Shown here one piece after another: positions 1 through 7,368 of a stretch of 32,000 nt of DNA. Within the stretch, counting starts at the first letter, position 1, and each line of letters opens with the position of its first letter. Under the pieces are notes generated by a model. That model had not been told where the DNA came from and did no database searches. It saw nothing but the letters and a program-made list of their open reading frames with translations. The DNA is taken from assembly GCF_022129425.1 (NCBI RefSeq), contig NZ_JADQAN010000003.1, positions 155,210 through 187,209 on the forward strand. The letters are read 5' to 3'. Both the position numbers and the translations under genes were made by a program. The DNA comes from Psychrobacter sp. Ps1. GTDB taxonomy: Bacteria > Pseudomonadota > Gammaproteobacteria > Pseudomonadales > Moraxellaceae.

Positions 1-381
1 GCGCTGGCGACGGATATCATATAACTCACCAAACAAACGATTGAGACCAGTTACTGATGCTGCCAGACGCTCTTCGATTTGGTTCAAAAGCATGGCTTTT
101 TGAGGATTGAATAACTGCTGAAAAATCATGCGGGCCACACCTGCCGAGGGGCAGTCATCAATACGGTTAATCTCAAACAATTGCTCTTCGTAACGAATAA
201 TAATACGCAGATAAAGCTCATCTTTACTGGAGAAATGCTTGTACAGGGTGCCTTTAGCCAAATCGAGCTGATCTGCCAAACTGTCTAAAGTGATATCACC
301 ATCGCCTGACTCAAGTAGCAATTGTTCTGCCATCGCTAAGATGTTCTCTTCTCGTGCCTTGAACTGGTGCTGACGACTCAT
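1..381 (-). CDS. TetR/AcrR-family transcriptional regulator, N-terminal 127 codons (C-terminus lies beyond the window start)
   Basis: My own minus-strand translation from ATG at 381-379 gives MSRQHQFKAREENILAMAEQLLLESGDGDITLDSLADQLDLAKGTLYKHFSSKDELY..., a canonical TetR N-terminal HTH. The frame stays open to base 1. It is absent from the ORF track because it is truncated. Confidence 0.8.
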   Translation of the reverse strand, partial: MSRQHQFKAREENILAMAEQLLLESGDGDITLDSLADQLDLAKGTLYKHFSSKDELYLRIIIRYEEQLFEINRIDDCPSAGVARMIFQQLFNPQKAMLLNQIEERLAASVTGLNRLFGELYDIRRQR

Positions 382-614
382 AATCTCTCCTAAAACATGA
401 CAAGATTAAGCATATGACCATCAATTATGTGCGTACATTTGGCAATGAGCGTATAAAACTATACAAGAACTGCTGAAATACCATAAAAGGGATATGCTTA
501 TATTTACAAATAGTCATTAATAATCATATAGTTACATTTAGTAAATCAAATACTAAAGGGGATTGAACTATACGACTATCACATAAATGACTGACTGGTC
601 ATAGCATAACCATT

Positions 615-1403
615 TTAGCGATACTGTGCCAGTAAATTTTCAAAGTTTTTTGCGGTTAATGCTCCGACCTCGTTACTATCACAACCATACATATCTGCGA
701 TAAAGCTCGCGACGTAGGGTACGTAGGCAGGCTCATTGGGACGACCACGCTTAGGCACAGGCGCCAAATATGGACTGTCGGTCTCAATCAAGATTCTGTC
801 TCTAGGCATATGCCTTGCAGCATCTTGGATATTTTGGGCACTTTTAAAGCTAACAATGCCTGAGAAGGAGATATAAAACCCCAAATCTAAAGCACGTTTT
901 GCGGTCTCCCAATCTTCAGTGAAGCAATGAATAATACCATGCTCAGCGCCTTCACTCTTTAAGATATCGATCGTATCTTCTTTTGCGTCACGCATGTGTA
1001 TGACAAGCGGTTTTTTTAGTTGCTGACTTGCATGGATATGACGTGCAAGACTGGCTTGCTGCTCTTTTTTATTTTCTGTAGACCAGTAGTAATCTAGCCC
1101 TGTCTCGCCTATTGCCCATACACGGTCTTTATCAGCAGTTTCTATTAAACGCTCAACCGTCGCTGATTTCAGTACATCGATATCTTCACAGGGATGAATA
1201 CCTACACTCATTCCTAGATTTAGCGTCTCGTCGCCATAGGTACTCACAATATTGGCAATCTCGTCATATTCTGCAAAATCACACATGATTGCCATCGCAC
1301 GGGTAACATTAGCAGTTTTCATGGCGTCAATCGCGCCAGATAATTTACCATCGTATTTCGTCAAATCTAAACGGTTAAGGTGACAATGAGTGTCTGTAAA
1401 CAT
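615..1403 (-). CDS. TatD-family metal-dependent hydrolase/DNase (YcfH-like)
   Basis: Track ORF 615..1472 trimmed to the ATG at 1403 (MFTDTHCHLN, the HxH metal site at the N-terminus). Motifs GETGLDYYW, HCFTEDWETAKRALDLGFYISFSGIVSFK and ETDSPYLAPVP are typical of the TatD/YcfH family. Confidence 0.88.
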   Translation of the reverse strand: MFTDTHCHLNRLDLTKYDGKLSGAIDAMKTANVTRAMAIMCDFAEYDEIANIVSTYGDETLNLGMSVGIHPCEDIDVLKSATVERLIETADKDRVWAIGETGLDYYWSTENKKEQQASLARHIHASQQLKKPLVIHMRDAKEDTIDILKSEGAEHGIIHCFTEDWETAKRALDLGFYISFSGIVSFKSAQNIQDAARHMPRDRILIETDSPYLAPVPKRGRPNEPAYVPYVASFIADMYGCDSNEVGALTAKNFENLLAQYR

Positions 1404-1659
1404 AAATAATCTCGTTATTAAAACTTTCTCAATTAAAAGTCTGGGAATTAAAAATTTGAATCTTGTTTGCATTGATTGCTGTGAAGGAAGCTGTTTTCAA
1501 GTATTGTTTAACGGTACACTACCTTAAATGGCTATCAAAAATACTCTAAATAGAATTTATTCTAAATAAATGGATGATACGAACTTAGTCGATACATCAT
1601 AACAATCTTTTAAAAGCCGAAGCTTCAAAACCTTTATTACCTCTCATAAGTGCCATACT

Positions 1660-2325
1660 ATGAACCATAAAAAAACTATCACTCTACCCCATATCTTCAA
1701 AACATTGTTGCCCAAGCAACTATATAAACAACGGTTTTTATTACAAGATAAAGGCCATAGTAATTACATTGAAATAGCTAACGACGTACGTATCATTGGC
1801 AACTCCACCATTACTATTCGTAAAGGTGATAACAATCGAATTACCATTGGTAGTCATGGGAAACTTAATAAACTAAAAATCGACATTAATGGTAATCACA
1901 ATCAAGTCACTATCGCAGAACATGTTAAATTCTCTGGTCAATTATTAGTCGTTGGTAATCATTTACGCATTCATATTGGTGAGTATACCACTGCCATTGA
2001 CTGCTATATCTTGGCACGTGATAAGAGTGTGACTATTGGTAAGTCTTGCATGATATCGCGTGGTATTGAAATTCGCGCTACCGATGTGCATAAGGTCTAC
2101 GATATAGATACTAACGTACGAGTGAACAAAGCACATTCTGATGTCATTCTAGGAGATCATATTTGGATTGCGGCTAATGTGACTATTTCAAAAAACGTCT
2201 CTATCGCTGATGGATGTATCATCGCAGCAGGTGCCTTCGTCAATAAACCAGTCACTATACCAAACTGTATGGTAGCAGGCACACCAGCAAAAATCATTCG
2301 CCAAAACGTACGTTGGGAACGCTAA
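1660..2325 (+). CDS. Hexapeptide-repeat (left-handed beta-helix) acyl/acetyltransferase, substrate unknown
   Basis: Successive imperfect hexapeptide repeats (ITIGSHG, VTIAEHV, IHIGEYT, VTIGKSC, VILGDHIWIAANVTISKNVSIADGCIIAAGAFV). The C-terminal GTPAKIIR ending is typical of LbH acetyltransferases. Confidence 0.75.
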   Translation: MNHKKTITLPHIFKTLLPKQLYKQRFLLQDKGHSNYIEIANDVRIIGNSTITIRKGDNNRITIGSHGKLNKLKIDINGNHNQVTIAEHVKFSGQLLVVGNHLRIHIGEYTTAIDCYILARDKSVTIGKSCMISRGIEIRATDVHKVYDIDTNVRVNKAHSDVILGDHIWIAANVTISKNVSIADGCIIAAGAFVNKPVTIPNCMVAGTPAKIIRQNVRWER

Positions 2326-2346
2326 ACACGACTTCAAATACAATCG

Positions 2347-4134
2347 TTAATTAAGAGGCACGACTCGCATCACCTCTTCTATGGTTGTCACGCCTTCACT
2401 AATACGTTTTGCACCTGATAAACGTAACGGCTGTAGACCTTCACGGTAGGCTTGTTGTTTGAGCACATCTAAATTTGTATCGGCTGCAACCAGTTTTTTT
2501 AATTCGTTAGACAACGGCATAATCTCGTATAGGCCGACTCGTCCCTGATAACCAGTATGTCGACAATGCTCGCAGCCTTGAGCCATATAAATTTGTGCTG
2601 GGGCAGGTGCGCGCCAAGGCTGTACCAACTCCTGCCATTGGATGGCAATTTCACTGTCTGGCACAACGTCTACCGCTTTTTTGCAATGCGGGCATAGCGT
2701 ACGTAACAAGCGCTGTGCCATTACGCCTAAGATAGTTGCTGATGTCAAAAATGGTTGAATACCCAAATCATGCAAGCGAGTGATTGAACTTGGCGCATCG
2801 TTAGTATGTAGTGTCGAGAGCACCAAATGCCCTGTCAATGAGGCTTGTACTGCCATATTGGCTGTTTCAGCATCACGAATCTCCCCTACCATAATGATGT
2901 CAGGATCTTGACGCATCAAAGAGCGAATGCCGTCAGCAAAGTTTAAATCGACACCTGGATTCACTTGCATTTGATTAAATGCAGGTTCAATCATTTCAAT
3001 AGGATCTTCAATGGTACAGACATTGACTTGTTCAGTCGCTAACTGCTTGAGAGTACTATACAAGGTCGTGGTCTTACCCGAACCTGTAGGCCCAGTGACC
3101 AAAATAATGCCGTTTGGATGAGCAGTCAATTCATGCCATGTTTCAAGCTGCTTGCCGGATAGACCAAGCTGAGCAAAGGAACGTACCAGTACTTCAGGAT
3201 CGAACACCCGCATGACCAACTTTTCACCAAAAGCGGTTGGCATAGTCGACAAACGAAGCTCTGTCTCTAACCCCTTCGGCGTTCGCGTCTTTAAACGACC
3301 ATCTTGCGGCTTACGCTTTTCTGCAACGTTTAGTCGACCTAGAATTTTGATACGTGCGGTCACCGCGACGATGATTGCCAATGGCATCTCATACACAGTG
3401 TGGAGCACACCATCGATACGGAAGCGCACTTTACCTGTCTCACGGCGTGGCTCTAAATGGATATCACTAGCTCGTTGCTCAAAGGCATATTGCAACAGCC
3501 AATCAACGACTCTGACAATATGCTGATCATTGGCATCAGGATTAGTATTGTCACCCAATTGCAATAATGCTTCGACATTGGTCACATCGGCAGCTGCACG
3601 CTTATGGACACTATTTGCGCCTGCAATCGCCTGGGTAACTTGATAGAACTCTTGACGGTAACGTTTGATCTGCTCAGGATTGATATAGACCGTACGATAG
3701 CTTTTTGATTTGATCAATTTTTCAATACTTGAGTGCCAGTCAGTATAAAAAGGCTGATCCGTTCCGATAACCACTTCGTCTACAGCGATCTCAATCGGTA
3801 AAATATGCTGCGAGCGTGCATATTCAAATGACATCAATTGTGTGACTACAGGGACATCAACTTTTAGAGGATCAATACGAACGAGAGTCATATCTGCTTT
3901 AGCCGCCAACCACTGATTGAGCCAAGCCAAAGTTAATTTATTTTCAGCGCTGTTGTCCGTCGCATGGCCATTCGGTAAGCCAAATTCACTAATCGTTAGT
4001 AGAGGATGCTGCGCTTTGTCGCGGCGGCTAGTAATGACTAGGTTATAGCCGCGTTGGTCAATCACTTTATCTGCCAATAGCTCATCTAGACACCAACGCA
4101 AATCAATCACTATCGAGTATTGTTGAGCAGACAT
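2347..4134 (-). CDS. GspE/PilB-family type II secretion / type IV pilus assembly ATPase
   Basis: Walker A GPTGSGKTT, Walker B IIMVGEIRD, His box TGHLVLSTLHTND, tetracysteine motif CPHC...CEHC, and an N-terminal T2SSE_N-like region. No other secretion or pilus genes lie next to it in this window. Confidence 0.85.
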   Translation of the reverse strand: MSAQQYSIVIDLRWCLDELLADKVIDQRGYNLVITSRRDKAQHPLLTISEFGLPNGHATDNSAENKLTLAWLNQWLAAKADMTLVRIDPLKVDVPVVTQLMSFEYARSQHILPIEIAVDEVVIGTDQPFYTDWHSSIEKLIKSKSYRTVYINPEQIKRYRQEFYQVTQAIAGANSVHKRAAADVTNVEALLQLGDNTNPDANDQHIVRVVDWLLQYAFEQRASDIHLEPRRETGKVRFRIDGVLHTVYEMPLAIIVAVTARIKILGRLNVAEKRKPQDGRLKTRTPKGLETELRLSTMPTAFGEKLVMRVFDPEVLVRSFAQLGLSGKQLETWHELTAHPNGIILVTGPTGSGKTTTLYSTLKQLATEQVNVCTIEDPIEMIEPAFNQMQVNPGVDLNFADGIRSLMRQDPDIIMVGEIRDAETANMAVQASLTGHLVLSTLHTNDAPSSITRLHDLGIQPFLTSATILGVMAQRLLRTLCPHCKKAVDVVPDSEIAIQWQELVQPWRAPAPAQIYMAQGCEHCRHTGYQGRVGLYEIMPLSNELKKLVAADTNLDVLKQQAYREGLQPLRLSGAKRISEGVTTIEEVMRVVPLN

Positions 4135-4193
4135 ATCTCTCTTCTTCTATTTTTTTAAAATGTGTTGTCAAAAATGATATCAATGCAAGCCCG

Positions 4194-5051
4194 TTAGATT
4201 GCAACTACGGCAGTTATCTGTAGCTGTCCTGACTCTATCAACTGAAAACTCACATCAACGGATTTATAACGCATCATGAATGGTGTGGCTATCTCTGTCC
4301 GACGATAAGCTGGACGCGGGTCTTGGGCAATTAATTCTTTGATAATGCTCATATCTGAGGCTACTAGTTGATTTTGTATACGATGAATCGTAGACGCAAC
4401 TGTCGCACTATTCGATCCAGTGTTTGCGTCTTTAATACTTGTATCATTGTTATTAGCATCACTAGGCTCGCCTGCGCTTACTAGCATCATAAACTGTTCG
4501 TTAGCAGCATCGGTCACGGTTACGTTTAATAATTCTGGAGCGGTTGGTGCGAATCCATTCTCTGTCTGAATCAGTGCATCACTATAGGCCACATATGGCT
4601 TTATATCGATGATTGGCGTGCCATCTATCATATCAGCACCTTTGATAATTAATAATACACGACCTTGAACTATTTTGACCTGTTCGAGCTTGACGACAGA
4701 TAGGCCTAGCCCCGAAGGACGATACATGCTTCGACTGGCAAACACCCCTATTTTTTGATTACCACCCAATCTTGGCGGGCGTACTTGAGCGCGAAAACTA
4801 GTACTGGTTTCATTGTTATTTTTATATCGATAATTATGATGAAACTGCCAACTCACCCATATATGACTAAACTTATCCAAACCATCAAATGCAGCTGGCG
4901 TATCATATGGCGCTAACATCTCAATGACACTAGTCAAAGCGACCAGGTTTGGCTGGCGTGGCGCACCAAATTTTTGCGAAAGCGGCGCACGATGATAGCC
5001 AATAACAGGAGCTTGATGGTAGTTATTTAACAGGGGATTCTCATCAAGCAT
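4194..5051 (-). CDS. trmO: tRNA (t6A37-N6)-methyltransferase TrmO (TsaA/YaeB family) with an extended C-terminal region
   Basis: Motifs FSHIWVSWQFH, RPPRLGGNQKIGVFASRSMYRPSGLGLSVVKL and DGTPIIDIKPY. The start was moved from the TTG at 5072 to the ATG at 5051, which has a GGAG 7 nt upstream. Confidence 0.8.
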   Translation of the reverse strand: MLDENPLLNNYHQAPVIGYHRAPLSQKFGAPRQPNLVALTSVIEMLAPYDTPAAFDGLDKFSHIWVSWQFHHNYRYKNNNETSTSFRAQVRPPRLGGNQKIGVFASRSMYRPSGLGLSVVKLEQVKIVQGRVLLIIKGADMIDGTPIIDIKPYVAYSDALIQTENGFAPTAPELLNVTVTDAANEQFMMLVSAGEPSDANNNDTSIKDANTGSNSATVASTIHRIQNQLVASDMSIIKELIAQDPRPAYRRTEIATPFMMRYKSVDVSFQLIESGQLQITAVVAI

Positions 5052-5477
5052 ATACCAACTCCAGTAATACAAAACTGCCCTGATAAAGCAGTTTTGCCAA
5101 ATGATACAAAATTACTCACTAACGATATTCCATTTTATCATGCTAGACAAACACTGCTAGACGGATTTTTATTTTAAAGTTTGGTATTATGAGCAAGAAA
5201 TTTGATGAGAGTCATTTACATTTGGATGATATGACCAGTAATGCTGTCATCGTTGACGCAAATTTACTATGTCTAATGACGTAATAGCTGGCTATATATA
5301 AGCTGATAAACCAGCTGTATTACGCTTACTCATCATTTACTCGTTCATAAAAATAGCAGTTTCGACAACGATTAAAAGACTAATACGTTTTTATAATGTT
5401 CAATCTAACATTGAAAATTCTGATTTAATACTTATTCAAACTTAACACACAAATAACAACTTATTAACGAGGACTTT

Positions 5478-6251
5478 ATGTCAAAACTTCGCACCGAAAC
5501 GGTCACAGAGGTTCATCACTGGAATGACTCTCTATTTAGTATCAAAACCACTCGTGACGATGGCTTGCGCTTTCGTAATGGCGAATTTGCGATGATTGGA
5601 CTTGTTGTTGATGGCAAGCCACTATTACGCGCTTATTCAATCGCCAGCCCTAACTATGAAGATCATTTAGAATTTTTCTCTATTAAAGTTCAAGATGGTC
5701 CATTAACTTCACGCTTGCAACATATCAAAGTAGGCGACGAGCTGTTAGTCAGTAAAAAACCAACGGGTACACTAGTATTGGACGATCTGCTACCAGGTAA
5801 GAACCTTTACATGCTCTCTACTGGTACTGGTCTTGCTCCCTTCTTGTCACTAGCACGTGACCCTGAAGTGTATGAGCGTTTTGACAAAATTATCTTGGTA
5901 CATGGCGTACGTCATGTTCATGATTTGGCTTATCGTGAAATGTTTGAAAATGAGCTGCCTAACGATGAAATCTTTGGTGAATGGTATCGCGAGAAATTCA
6001 TCTATTATCCAACCGTTACGCGTGAAGAGTTTAGAAACCAAGGTCGTGTCACTGATTTAATGAAGTCAGGCAAATTGTTCGAAGATATTGGTTTACCGCC
6101 AATGAATAAAGACGACGACCGTGTCATGCTTTGTGGCAGCATGCCGTTTAATGCTGAGGTTTCTGCTATTTTAGATGACTTCGGCCTGACTGTTTCACCA
6201 CGTATGGGTGTGCAGGCAGATTACGCAGTTGAGCGTGCCTTTGTCGGTTAG
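5478..6251 (+). CDS. fpr: Ferredoxin/flavodoxin-NADP+ reductase
   Basis: 257 aa. FSIKTTRDDGLRFRNGEFAMIGL, RAYSIAS (FAD-binding RxYS) and MLSTGTGLAPF (NADP-binding) are typical of bacterial subclass I Fpr. Confidence 0.9.
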   Translation: MSKLRTETVTEVHHWNDSLFSIKTTRDDGLRFRNGEFAMIGLVVDGKPLLRAYSIASPNYEDHLEFFSIKVQDGPLTSRLQHIKVGDELLVSKKPTGTLVLDDLLPGKNLYMLSTGTGLAPFLSLARDPEVYERFDKIILVHGVRHVHDLAYREMFENELPNDEIFGEWYREKFIYYPTVTREEFRNQGRVTDLMKSGKLFEDIGLPPMNKDDDRVMLCGSMPFNAEVSAILDDFGLTVSPRMGVQADYAVERAFVG

Positions 6252-6304
6252 AATGATGCTATTTAGCATCATTAGAATAAATAAAAAATTGTATAAAATA
6301 ATAC

Positions 6305-6332
6305 TTGACGCAAGTAAATAGGCTGCTATAAT
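6305..6332 (+). promoter_or_regulatory. Sigma70-like promoter upstream of tRNA-Leu
   Basis: TTGACG (6305-6310), a 16-nt spacer, then TATAAT (6327-6332), about 70 nt upstream of the tRNA 5' end. Confidence 0.5.
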
Positions 6333-6403
6333 ACGCAGCCTATACAGTCAACACTGTAGCCCAATTAGATAATATTTAGTCAATAACTATTATCACCTAA
6401 CAT

Positions 6404-6490
6404 GCCAGTGTGATGGAATTGGTAGACATGACGGATTCAAAATCCGTTGCCTTTAAAAGCGTGTCGGTTCGAGTCCGACCACTGGTACCA
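6404..6490 (+). tRNA. tRNA-Leu (anticodon CAA), type II tRNA with long variable arm and encoded CCA
   Basis: Folded by hand. Acceptor GCCAGTG/CACTGGT. D stem ATG/CAT with a GG-containing loop. Anticodon stem ACGGA/TCCGT with loop TTCAAAA (CAA). Long variable arm. T arm GTCGG-TTCGAGT-CCGAC. Discriminator A followed by CCA. Confidence 0.93.
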
Positions 6491-6493
6491 ATA
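6474..6493 (+). repeat. attL core (direct repeat copy 1, part of the functional tRNA 3' end)
   Basis: Identical 20-mer to 19563-19582. Confidence 0.8.
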
Positions 6494-6541
6494 CTTCAAG
6501 CTAAGTGCTTGATAGCTAAAAGATTAATCTCTGATTGCCTT

Positions 6542-6567
6542 TTAGCGTGTACATCACAGTGTACACT
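6542..6567 (+). repeat. 26-bp motif TTAGCGTGTACATCACAGTGTACACT (left copy), candidate integrase arm-type site
   Basis: 25/26 identical to 19389-19414 in the same orientation. It contains two GTGTAC units spaced 12 bp apart. Confidence 0.5.
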
Positions 6568-6599
6568 CTGATAAGATTTCGCACTTAACTTGATAAATC

Positions 6600-6624
6600 A
6601 GCCTCCTTAATCGGAGGTTTTTTT
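6600..6624 (+). terminator. Island-borne hairpin + T7 terminator downstream of tRNA-Leu (near-copy of the one at 19596-19620)
   Basis: AGCCTCCTTAATCGGAGGTTTTTTT: short GC stem CCTCC/GGAGG followed by a T run. 24/25 identical to 19596-19620. Confidence 0.5.
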
Positions 6625-7210
6625 ATGTCTGCCCTTCCCCAACTTTGTATTGTGCTCATGTTTGAGATCACACCTAACTTCGCTCATTATTTTGCTAAAA
6701 TTAAGCGTTTATCGCGCGCTTTTTTGTGCGTATTGTCTGTATAACCAGTCATATCGATGTTACGGTTTATTTTTTTCTTAATAGTCCTCAAAGGGCACGC
6801 GAGAATGAGCGAAATATGAGCGCCTATTCAACTCTAACCTGAATAATATGTACGTTTTCACGCGCACAAAAGCGCACATTTCACGCATTCTTGATTATTA
6901 TTAATATGCGTTTTTAATGCATTTTCTTGCATTGTGCCTAGTAATCTTATCCGACTTGCCATCTGATCCTATAATGCGATGATTCCATCTATTTTTTGGT
7001 GCGTTGGTGCATGCTTGATTCCGCTATAATGGTTTGCTACTTTTGCACCAGTTCCATAAACGCCTCTTTTGGTTAATAACTTTTCATTGCTTAGTGCCTT
7101 ATTTCCCTAAACAAGCTTCCTAACGCTGTTAGGTTTCCGTCTTCACGCCTTTGTGTGTATAGCTGTCTCCACTTTATCGGTTTCTAAAACTGACAAGAAA
7201 TGTTTCCTGA

Positions 7211-7310
7211 TTATCGTCGTTTTCGTCATAATCACAGGCTAAGGATGACGATAATTGACGATAATTGACGAAATAGTCTAATCACAAGGCAAAAAAAAGC
7301 AGACGATAAG
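7211..7310. repeat. Cluster of six GACGAWA repeats (2 inverted, 4 direct), including a 10-bp tandem TGACGATAAT x2
   Basis: Inverted copies at 7211-7218 and 7221-7227. Direct copies at 7247-7254, 7257-7264, 7267-7274 and 7302-7309 (the last inside the hsdS terminator hairpin). Bracketed by TAATCACAGG (7229-7238) and TAATCACAAGG (7279-7289). Confidence 0.55.
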
Positions 7311-7317
7311 CGTCTGC
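7291..7317 (-). terminator. Rho-independent terminator of the hsdRMS operon
   Basis: Minus strand reads GCAGACG-cttat-CGTCTGC followed by T8. It lies about 50 nt downstream of the hsdS stop. Confidence 0.7.
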
Positions 7318-7368
7318 TATAGGTAAAGTTAAAAACAATCAGGATTCAAAAGGCGCTACCACTGACTA

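Noticed and set aside
3212-3526. Plus-strand 104-aa ORF inside the GspE-like gene. The same applies to similar antisense ORFs at 5850-6060, 7424-8017, 8810-9046, 9458-9763, 10127-10339, 10523-12297, 13142-13447, 14066-15817, 16671-16910, 18148-18625, 22232-22425, 23264-24177, 25331-26209, 29842-30036, 30878-31123 and 31454-31723.
   Set aside because: All lie fully within, and antisense or out of frame to, much longer ORFs with clear family motifs. Their translations are low-complexity or Ser/Cys/Leu-rich shadow sequences with no start context.
6625-6744. 39-codon plus-strand ORF (MSALPQLCIVLMFEITPNFAHYFAKIKRLSRAFLCVLSV) that uses the GGAGG of the terminator stem as an apparent RBS.
   Set aside because: The apparent SD is the 3' half of a terminator hairpin. 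There is no independent support, and the homologous position at attR gives only a 9-codon ORF. I kept it as part of the non-coding region.
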